64,000 nucleotides of DNA from assembly GCA_051530055.1 (NCBI GenBank), contig CM121341.1, positions 2,780,151 through 2,844,150 of the forward strand. Reading direction: 5' to 3'. Numbering within the stretch: the stretch's first letter is position 1; the number at the start of each line of letters is the position of its first letter. The translations under genes were made by a program, and so were the position numbers. Under the pieces are notes generated by a model that saw nothing but the letters and a program-made list of their open reading frames with translations, was not told the DNA's origin and ran no database searches. Below are positions 1-9,289 of this stretch, in pieces. This DNA is from Neoechinorhynchus agilis (taxonomy: Eukaryota > Animalia > Acanthocephala).

Positions 1-711
1 CTATAATTTTGGTTAGTTGTACAGTCGATGGCTACATCAAATACAAGTCTGAGATTCTGTTTGGTAAGCGCTGAGCACTCGATATACGCATGGGCGCATA
101 TCTTCTTGGCTAAATTTTGTCCTTGCTCTCGAGTAATGATTTTCCCTGTTTCTCTCCTATTAGTAGTTCGGTCGGAGTCTCTAAGATCTACTTTAGTTCC
201 GACAAGTATGAATGGCGTCTTGGGGCAATATCTTTTAATCTCCGGAAGCCACTTCATTGTAATGTTCGTGAATGAAGCTACATTTGTCAGTGAGAAACAC
301 AGGAGAAAAACATCGGTTTGTGGATATGAAAGTGGTCTTTTATAGAACGTAACGGTTAAATTACACTATAAAACAAAGATCCAACCTTAGTCTATCATAA
401 TCTTCTTGTCCAGCAGTATCCCAGAGACTAAGACAAACTGGAGTATTACTTCAGTCAATTTGTTTTCGGTCTATGTCTCCACGATAGTTAGAAAACAAAT
501 CGACTGTTTATTATGCATCAAATTAGCACTGTAGTTATCGAACCTTTTTTTTCAGGCGATAAATCGTATTAAGTAAATTTTTTTAAAATACTAACACTGT
601 TGGTACGTATTCTCCTGGAAAAGCATCGGAACTGTAGCTCATAAGAAGACATGTTTTTCCGACGGCACCATCTCCAACAGCGACACATTTGACTGACTTG
701 CAGACGCTCAT
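1..711 (-). CDS. Rac: Rac-like Rho-family GTPase, 4 exons, runs off the window start
   Basis: Manual minus-strand translation from ATG at 711: [39 protein letters not shown] / [10 protein letters not shown] / [21 protein letters not shown] / [15 protein letters not shown]...[15 protein letters not shown]...YIECSALT. Introns at 544-595 (GT-AG), about 449-510 (hairpin) and 337-385 (GT-AG). Missed by the ORF track. Confidence 0.93.
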
Positions 712-779
712 GATCTAAATCTCAAAATGGACAGAGTTGAGTTTGTGGAGAAGGTCAAGAACAACCGAATGATGCCAAT

Positions 780-3276
780 CTTCTATCTAGACATAAAGGA
801 AGATGTTATACGTATGTGCATATTTGCGGCTCGGTGCTGATGGCCTAGAATTCTTAGATGACGAGGCGACGACATTTAGACAAGTAATTGTGACTCTTTT
901 AGTTAAGAAAAAAATGAAATTTCTTGATTAATGAATCGATGAAGCAGCCTGGAGTCTATCATTGATTCGCTGTTCCCAAGCTTCGTTATTCATTGCCTTT
1001 CTCTTTTGGATATACGCAAAAAAAACACCGACAAATATCCATGATGCAAGTGAAAATATAATAAAGGACCGAGTAAATCGAGGATTTGGTCTGAGAACCG
1101 AATCATTTTGTCCGGTGTTCGTCCCGTTCTTGCCGTGACCAGTAGTCTCCCAATGGTAGAACCATTCGAATCTTGCGCTTGCAAACACTACAAATAATAT
1201 TATTATCAGGATAACGGGAAGGATTTTGTAGTGACGATTCGCATAATTCTAAGTCTTGTCTAACCGGAATCTTAATATGCGTAAATCGGAGACAAGAATG
1301 GACGGTATCTTGTTTTTCTAAACGACGAGAAACTTAATCAGACGTGAAACAGAGGAAATGAAATCGAGTTTTTAGATCGAAATATTGATCACCAAGAATT
1401 TTTTACTAATGTGGACAAAGATGCCTTTTATGAATACTCGTTCTCTCTATCGAATTATATATCGAGGTGTATTGATCGAAAGACTGAGAAGATTTTGACT
1501 TCTTAATCCCATCTTTAAGCAGCTCTTAAAGCTCGTCCAAAAAGGCACTCTTTAAATGAAAAATGGGCGAAAACATTAGAGTGAGAGAAGTGTCCAAGTT
1601 TCCTCCTGTAAATGGGATTCGGAGACTAGTGACAAAAATACTTTCCATTTAAAGTTCGAATACTTGTGAAACTTGCCTGAAGAGCCGCGTAAAAACAAAA
1701 CAGGAGGGGAAATACGCTGAAAAAAAGAACTGAGTTCCTATGGGATTCCATCCCTGGTTTTGCTATCTTCATTTGTGCAGGAGCAAGACCCATCACGTGC
1801 CACGTGAGACTTTCCTGATAATAGATTAGAGTACTGCTCAGATTGCTTCTCACATGGAAGCTCTACGATTTTCCGACGCGTATTTAGAAGACCTTCTCAT
1901 CCGCTAGATAGACAGGTGTACAACCATCACCAAGTAATTTATCTGATCCTTAGCGCAGAAAGCTAAAAATTAATGTCCCAATAAATTTCTTAGAGTATCA
2001 ATTACTGAAGCGGAATAAGGTCGAGTATTTTGGAGCTAATTTACACAAATAGCGAGAGCAATTGATTTTATTGTCAACAAAGGAAATTTTTTTATGCACT
2101 ATGGTTAGCGGAATAATAAATATGCGAATCAACACTTTACGGTATCTCATTGGAATGCATTGCTTAACTTTTTGAAACAAACTAATTAAACGTTCGTTAA
2201 TAGTGTTCATTTTAAATCTGAAATACAAGGTGGAAAATAAGGGTAAACACAACCACTCAAATTTTCAATTCAAACTCGACCGGTATGAGCTAAATAAATA
2301 TCCGAAGAATGACACAGTATCAAATCTAAACTGGTACTGTACTCATATGGTTGTCCAACCATTTCCCTAGCATTGCAATCAGATTTTTGAAGTTCTGCCT
2401 TAATCGTATCTTTTTGTTCCTGATTGAGTAATCTATAACCCTTGGTTCGAACGTATTGAACAGTCAGGTTAGTGAACTCGAATGTTTGGATATCAAGATA
2501 TACATGATCAGGAAATCGAAGATCGAACAGCGGGCTCAATCGGTAACTTAAAAATCCAGCGTGCAGTTCTTCGGCTTCGGCAATGGTATCGTCAAGAGCC
2601 AGTGAGCGTAAGTATCTAGGTGCTTAAGGAAGACGATGAAAAGGGTAAATGAAAAATCCAAAGTCGCAAGTCTTAGAAAATTTATTTTACAAAAACATAC
2701 CTCTCTGAATGTAATCTTCGCCTATATCATTCATTTCATCTATAGGGAGCCCTTCTGATAATAAAAGTAATGGTGATTTAAAGATGAATTCGCTTCAAAC
2801 ATTCCAAACGCGAAGAACCTAAGCATAAGCAAGCTCTATAATTATTGTTACTGAAGCGAAAAATCATAGTTCTGTGGTCTCTGAGAAAAGGTTTAATATT
2901 ATCATTAATGCGAAAATAGCCGAAGCATGCGAAATAGTTACTGAGAAAAAACAAGTCTTGCGCGCAATAGCGATTTTTATAAACTTGAACTTCTCATTCT
3001 ATGTTTACTGTTCCACTAAACAAAGTTAAATTCGTTAATCATTCATCTATTAAACCAATCTAAGAAAGTCAATACATGTCTCACAAATTTCGTTTGGGTG
3101 AAAACTAGGCAAAGTGATCGAAATCCGACGTATAGCCGAAACCGATTATTTTGCCTCCAGGGAGAGAAAATATTCTCAATAAGTCTTGATGTAGGTGCAC
3201 AAATAAAACGACTTTGAAGGTCGACATTGTTCAAAACGTGTTAATCGTACATACGTCTTCCTTCTTGTTTTTTCAT
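780..3276 (-). CDS. Uncharacterised multi-exon gene(s), probably a membrane protein; exon structure unresolved
   Basis: ATG at 3276 followed by a GTATGT donor, further GTATGT and YAG sites, open exon-like frames at 2270-2620, 1998-2252 and 928-1188. The last includes the hydrophobic stretch FIIFSLASWIFVGVFFAYI followed by QKRK. No family recognised. Confidence 0.42.
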
Positions 3277-3345
3277 TGATCTTAAACGGATATGAACGAT
3301 AGGGAACAATAGCCAGAATACACTCACACAATAACGAGACTTCAC

Positions 3346-4720
3346 TTAAAGTATACAGTGATCTTTAAATCGCGGAAAAGGCAAAGCACGTTTAACTGAC
3401 CGAAGTCCTAAAGCACTCATTAAAAGTCTTTCAATTCCGATCCCAAATCCACCAAGTGATGGATAACCACAAAATCTTAGCTCTTGATACCAGTCAAGAT
3501 TGGATGCCATTGGTAGTCGAAGTTTGCCGTTTTCTCGCATGCTTCCACCTGCGATTTCACCCGAATCCGCTGCTAAAAGATCAAAACACTCGGCGTGATT
3601 CGGATCAGCGGCCGATTTCATATAAAATGGTTTTTGATCGCGTGGATAGTGAGTGACGAACACCGGACTTTTGTTACCGCATTTCTGTACAATCAGATTT
3701 TCCATGGCTTTGTTCATTGTGGGTTGATCCGCTGATTTTACTGAACCAATCTGTTTAAGGGCGTCGTTGTGCGGCACGAAGTTTTAGACAAGGGATTGGT
3801 GGAGGATCCGAAAAGAAAATCGATGAATATCGCGTGCCTAGTCAAAAACTTTGTGCTTTAACTAATTCTTACGAACTTGTTCATTAATCGCTCACATCTT
3901 TCGCGAGCACTAAAATAAACGACTTCATCTTCACACTTAGTTAGTAGATGCTCAGCAGAAGCTTGGACCAATTGTTCACAGGTATCCATTAGATCGTCAA
4001 TTGACAATACATCAATCAGTTCCAATTCTAGCATATAAAATTCACTTAAAAACGAAGAACGAGCTCCTTTTAAGTTAACCAGAAGCTCATTCAAGGTTCA
4101 TAGATGATGCCGTGAAACGCATTTATCCGCTCTGAACACTGGCCCTAGAGAATATACGTTTGAACACAAGCATACGGCTTGGTGTTCGAGATGAAACTGA
4201 GCGGATGTAGTCAAGAAAACATCTTCATTTGAGAAATAATGATTTTGATTAATTTTGAAAACTTCATTAGGATCTTCGCAGTGTGAAATACTTGTTAGGA
4301 TAGGTGGATCCACATTCACAAAATGACGTGAGTTCAGGGAATTCCTTAGGAAAAGTCCTAAAGTCGAGCGTAGTCGACTAAGAGCAAGCATGTCTAAACT
4401 CTCGTTTCTTTTTAAACTATCCGGAATAGAGCATGAGTCGCGTTTGTAATTCTTTTCTATACAATCAACCTTAAATTCGATCGCCTGTTTAGGCCCGGGA
4501 CTCGCATCAATTTTACCTTTTACTTTAACACAGTCGCCAACCTTGATTTCCCTATAAGCATCCAGACCGTTTATAAATACTTGGAGAAATTGAAGACTTG
4601 AACAATCCCTCAGTCTAAGAAATGTATCTCTCGATGACTTTGAGACGGGTCGACACACCTTTCCAATAAACGACCATTGTGAACTTGCAAATTTTGTGTT
4701 GAATAAATAAAATCGAATAT
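3346..4720 (-). CDS. NARS2: Asparaginyl-tRNA synthetase, mitochondrial type; start codon uncertain; two non-canonical hairpin interruptions
   Basis: OB-fold (VKVKGKIDASPGPKQAIEF), LTTSAQFHLE, motif 2 GPVFRADKCVSRHHL-(S/C)EFYMLE, YPRDQKPFYM, GEIAGGSMRE, motif 3 GGFGIGIERLL...PFPR. Interrupted at 4047-4100 and 3771-3859. Confidence 0.9.
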
Positions 4721-4792
4721 AGCGAGTAAAAACACCCCTTTTTTAGGTATAATTCGATTTTTGTAAGCTTATTAATTCGGCGATTGATTTCT

Positions 4793-5101
4793 TCATTGTA
4801 AGTTACTTAGAGCAGACGACAATGATTCGGCAAATTTAGTACGAAAAAGCGAGCTAATCTCGCTGAATAAACTTTCGACGGATTCAAACCCCTTTTCGTT
4901 TCCTTTAATTCTGTATCCTTCTAATTTAGATAAAGTTAAAGTTACTCGTTGATCTTCGAGTGTGATCACTTCCGCTTCTGGATATTTTGTGGCCAATTGA
5001 ACGATTCGAACAAGTTTGTGTTTTGAAAGACCAAGCAAGGAATGGTTTAATTCTTCAATACAATCAAACTCTGAGCTTAAGTGAACTTCGTCAGTGCTCA
5101 T
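4793..5101 (-). CDS. GSKIP: GSK3-beta interaction protein (GSKIP/DUF727)-like
   Basis: VITLEDQRVTLTLSKLEGYRIK and FESVESLFSEISSLFRTKFAESLSSALSNL match the remembered GSKIP pattern ([47 protein letters not shown]). Size of 102 aa fits. Confidence 0.72.
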   Translation of the reverse strand: MSTDEVHLSSEFDCIEELNHSLLGLSKHKLVRIVQLATKYPEAEVITLEDQRVTLTLSKLEGYRIKGNEKGFESVESLFSEISSLFRTKFAESLSSALSNLQ

Positions 5102-5571
5102 TGAGGCATGTCTAAGAAGAAAAATTAAGGAGATTTTTAGATGACACTAAAGATTTTTAATATGTTTAAAAAGATATTTCAAAAGGGCAGCTAAAATGAA
5201 TTGTGTAATCGATCGACATATAAATTGCGATTACGATAAGGATTTTGTGGTGGATCAAAGGTAAAATGCAATGCTTTACAAGATTTTAGCAATTTCTTAT
5301 AAACTATGAAACATCATTATTTTCTCACAAAGAGAACGTTTAAAAAAGTGCTTTTTCTTTCGTTTTACACGGTTTTTCGCTCTCTGCCTTGAATTGAATG
5401 AGCATTTTGTTACGAAAAGTTGAAAACCGCGCCTCCGAGCCTCTTATCCGAATGATTTTGAAAGAGCTCGGGCGTTTCGGCGTCTTAAGTTGAAGGACGT
5501 AAGTAAATTTGTAAGATTGTAAAGATGTTCATCATTTACTTTTTTTTATAAAATAATTGATCTAATTTTAT

Positions 5572-5613
5572 TTGATAAGTTTCAGCCTTCGCTTAAGTCT
5601 TCTTCAGTCTATT
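5572..5613 (-). ncRNA. Second, more degenerate hammerhead-like motif
   Basis: Minus strand: UAGA-CUGAAGA-AGACUU AAGCG AAGGCU-GAAA-CU-UA-UC; stem I pairing is weak. Confidence 0.35.
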
Positions 5614-5633
5614 GTTAAAGTGTTTTATTAATT

Positions 5634-5681
5634 GATGGAACCGAATTTTCGCCGCTTCACGGCTTCTTCGGGGACTCCCTC
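5634..5681 (-). ncRNA. Candidate minimal type I hammerhead ribozyme at the PLE 3' end
   Basis: Minus strand: GAGGGAGUCC-CCGAAGA-A-GCCG UGAAG CGGC-GAAA-AU-UC-GGUUCCAUC. Variant core, 4-bp stem II, palindromic AAUU in place of stem III, imperfect stem I. Confidence 0.5.
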
Positions 5682-6719
5682 TGAAAGGTCAGAAAAGTGA
5701 TAAACTGTCTGACAAATAATCTTTCCGATTGAGTGACCCCTCCACGACCAATAAGCAGAGCCTCGGCAATGGAAAGGTCTACAGGATCAGGTGCCCTGTA
5801 GAGAACCCCCACCCAAAGCTTTAGCAAAATGGGTGCCCAACGGTGTTGACACGTACGACGGTCCGAGCGGGTTACGTGCATTACGGAAATGCTCAGTTAC
5901 CCGCTGGTGTAGCCTCCGCTCCGTCTTTCCAATGTAGCTGCAGGATTTCCCCTGGTCCTTGCAATTGCCGTATGTGATCCGGTATACCACATTGCTCATC
6001 ATGCAGGCTCCCATCGGACTTCGTCGTCCATCTTCATTGTCCAATTGACATTGAATGCACTTTTTTGGACAATTCTCTTGATCCTCGTGGTGATTAGTCC
6101 TCATCAGAGGTTTTCTTAAGGAAGGACCGGGCTCTGGCGTGGCATTCCCGAAGTATTCGCTTCACGTTCCATGTGAAATCTTCGGATATATACGGAATTC
6201 TCAACAGTGGTAAATCGATCGTTCCGATTTCGTCGGTTGTTTGTCCTGTCAATCATCCGGTCTACTTCTTGTGTAGGCACTAAAGAAGATCCACGCGAAG
6301 GCCGAAAATTATCAAATTAACCAATTATTTGATAATTCGCTATAAAGTAAATTTGTAAGAGTTAATTTGAATTTTATTTGTCCGATTATTAACTCACCTT
6401 AATTGAACAGGTATTGGCGCTCTGATTCCTAAGATTTTGGGAGTAAAGCAAGCCACTGTAAAATTCGAAAAATTGTTTCGTAAATCGTTTTTACGATTGC
6501 GTCTTGAAGAAATTATAAAGCGCTACAATTTTTATTCTACGTCACTTTTTACTTAATATCAATCAGTTTATTTTTCAGAGTCCGATATGAATATAAGAAT
6601 CTCATAACAAACATCTTGTTTTTCACCTTTTTCTAACTTAGATTCTTTTTAGTAACGCTAAGCCTTTATATTGAGCTGCGATTTGTTTAGCACGCTTTTT
6701 ATTTTAGCGTTTTTCCTCT

Positions 6720-7255
6720 CTTTTCACTTCCTTGCTTTTTCAATCGAGCTTCTCGTCTCGGCTATTTTGACTTGCTACATTCCCAAAGATTTGATTTCGT
6801 CTAAGTTTCTATTTGACCCTTTTGGTTTCCTTTTTTTCACTTCCTGACTTTTTTCAATCGAACTTCTCGTCTCGGCAATTTTGACCTGCTAAAATCCTAA
6901 GATTTGATTATGTTTAAGCTTCTGTTTGACCCTTTTGATTTCCTCTTTTTCACTTCCTTTTACTTTTTTAATCGAGCTACAGGTCTCGGCTATTTTGACT
7001 TGCTTCATTCCCAAGATTTGATTTCGCCTAAGTTTCTATTTGACCCTTTTGGTTTCCTTATCACTTCCTAACTTTTTTCAATCGAGCTTCTCGTCAATTT
7101 TGACTTGCTCGAATCCCAAGATTTTGTTTCGACTAAGTTTCTGTTTGACCCTTTTGCTTTGCTGTTTTTTAACTTCTTGACTTTTTTAATCCATCTACAG
7201 GTCTCCACTATTTTGGCTTGCTGCATTCCCAAGATTGAATTTCGCCCAGCTTTCT
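6720..7255. repeat. Degenerate tandem repeat, about 108-114 bp unit, about 4.7 copies
   Basis: Anchor (c/t)aatcg recurs near 6741, 6855, 6969, 7079 and 7187 with shared gacccttttg and attttgacttgct motifs. Confidence 0.85.
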
Positions 7256-8329
7256 GCCTGATCCTACCCGTTTAAGTTCCTTTTTGTAAAGTCGCTGTTC
7301 GTAGCTAATTTTAGTGCTTTCTGTCTTTCTTTAAAACTTGAAATAAATTTCGGCAAAACGTTTTGAATTTTGAACTATTACAAGGGAACTCTTATTTTAA
7401 GAAAGATATCTCAACTACTTATATTGCCGATTTCAAATTCTAATGAAGGTAAAAATGACAGAAGTGTGCCTATAATTTAATTTTTGGCTATCGTAAAAAA
7501 ATAGAAAACGGGTAGCTCTAGTTGAAAATTCACAGTTTATGAAAGAATAGGGTCTTCGACATTTAATTGAATCGCGAAAATTTTCTTAATGAAAATGGCA
7601 ATCGTGAAAGTGAAAACGTTGACATCTCTATCACACCTGAGGGAACAGCATCAATTCCCAGCGCTTGAATTGGAGCCGCTTTTCAACCGTGTTCTAATTC
7701 GTCCATAAAGACTTGTTTGGTATCTTACAGATAACCAAACACATGAGATGGAATGTGATCCACAGTTTCCTTGAACTCGAAGTGCTCCCGACATATTTTC
7801 CGAGATTTGATACTCGTCTTAGTGAGTTCGTGGATTGTGAATTTACTTCTCAACCGCATGTTATCTTTTCGATTGTTCTTATTTAAGCAATTAAAACGGC
7901 TGAAACAAAGTTATTATTGACTAATTCTCAATGGTGAATTGTAGCACACTCGAGTTTTGGGCGGTGCTTAATGTGGAGCACTGGAGTTTCTTTATACGAT
8001 GCTTTAAGTGGCTTCGTTCCTCATAGACTTAAACGCTTATTCAGGATATCTAAAAAGTAATTTGGATGATGATGAAAGGATTGATTTGAATTCCGGCAAT
8101 TCGCGACTAGCGGAGTGCTTCTGAGCTAAAAGGCATACAGTGAGTGGCCGCGTCGACGGGCATCGCAAGTTCTGTAATTCGTCAGATTTTTTATCTTATG
8201 GCTCAGAAAATAAAAAATGAACTGAACGCCATTGAACCACATTGAGCTTCTACGAGTTCCGGGGGATTATTCGAATTGATGGGGTCGCTTAAGTGTAAGG
8301 ATTCAGACGCTGAAGCAATTGGTGTCCAC

Positions 8330-9285
8330 CTAGCAGTTCAGTCGCTTAGTACCCTGACAGCCGAATTTTCTAGATTCATGGGTGCACTGATTATAATTCA
8401 CATCTCTCATTGATCGCCTTGTTTCGGTTCGTTTTCTCTCGCTTCTTCCCAGGCGCGTCGTAGGTTCATCCTTCTTGCTCGGCGTCAACTGTTCGTTCCA
8501 TGTTGTTGAATTCTCTTCTTTTGACGTATTCGTATTCTCATCCCGGTTTATCTCTTCTAATGTTCCTTGGCCGTTCAAGGTTTTTTTATTTCTTGATTCG
8601 TGGTAATCTTCCTTCTTGTCTTGTTTTTCTATTGGTATGTTCCCTTCATTCGAAGTCCTTTTTCTGCTATCGTCCCGATCTTTCTGTGATGTCTCTTCCT
8701 TATCCATAATCCTTTTCCTGATGAAATCGCTATGGCATCATCTGTTATTCTCGGTTTCATCTTGAATCCAATATGACTTCAGTCCCGTTCTTATATTTAT
8801 GGTCCCTTCTTGCCATTTGTCGTTGTGTTGTCTTGTAGCATCACTGCTCCTACGTCCTTTTCGCTTGCGTCGCAGACGAGCGTTATTAATTTGGTATTTT
8901 TATATGAGCTAAGAGCTAAATTGTCCGCCATCGATTTCTTCACCTTTCTGGAAGCTGTTTCTAGTTTACTGTTCCATACCCATTTGTTCGATTTCCTCAA
9001 TGCTTCGTATAGGTCAGCGCATCTCGTTTGTAGATGTGTGATATTTTTTTAGAAAATTTACTGCTCCCAGGAATGATCTTAATTCTTGTTTGTTTGTTGG
9101 TGATCTAATATAAAGTAAATCCTTGGTGCTTTGATCGTCAGCTTTGCACATTCCATCTTCGAGGATATGACCCATAAATCGTACTGATTTGCGTAGGAAT
9201 TTGCACTTATCTTTTCTAATACTGATTCCGACGTCCTGTAATCTGCCCAGTACCTTCCTTAGGTTTTCCATGTGTTCCTTGGGTC
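8330..9285 (-). mobile_element. Ty3/Gypsy LTR retrotransposon pol remnants (RT, start of RNase H, low-complexity C-terminus)
   Basis: ENLRKVLGRLQDVGISIRKDKCKF...VRFMGHI, ELRSFLGAVNF, LVCDASEKDVGAVMLQ; internally deleted and cut at about 9285 by a LINE. Confidence 0.85.
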
Positions 9286-9289
9286 CCTA

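Larger units (their letters stand above)
5560..6290 (-). mobile_element. Penelope-like retroelement 3' fragment (GIY-YIG endonuclease)
   Basis: RIPYISEDF..VKRIL, PSLRKPLMR, CIQC...C..SNVVYRITYGNC...YIGKTERRLHQRVTEH; frameshifted. Confidence 0.88.

Noticed and set aside
28-345. Plus-strand 105-aa ORF
   Set aside because: Antisense shadow of the Rac last exon.
3771-4100. Variant genetic code (TGA/TAA as sense) to explain in-frame stops
   Set aside because: TGA, TAA and TAG each terminate otherwise complete genes here, and the 89-nt and 263-nt interruptions also shift the frame.
6090-6115. CTGATGAGG within the Penelope fragment
   Set aside because: Lies inside the coding PLMR stretch with no stem II or GAAA.
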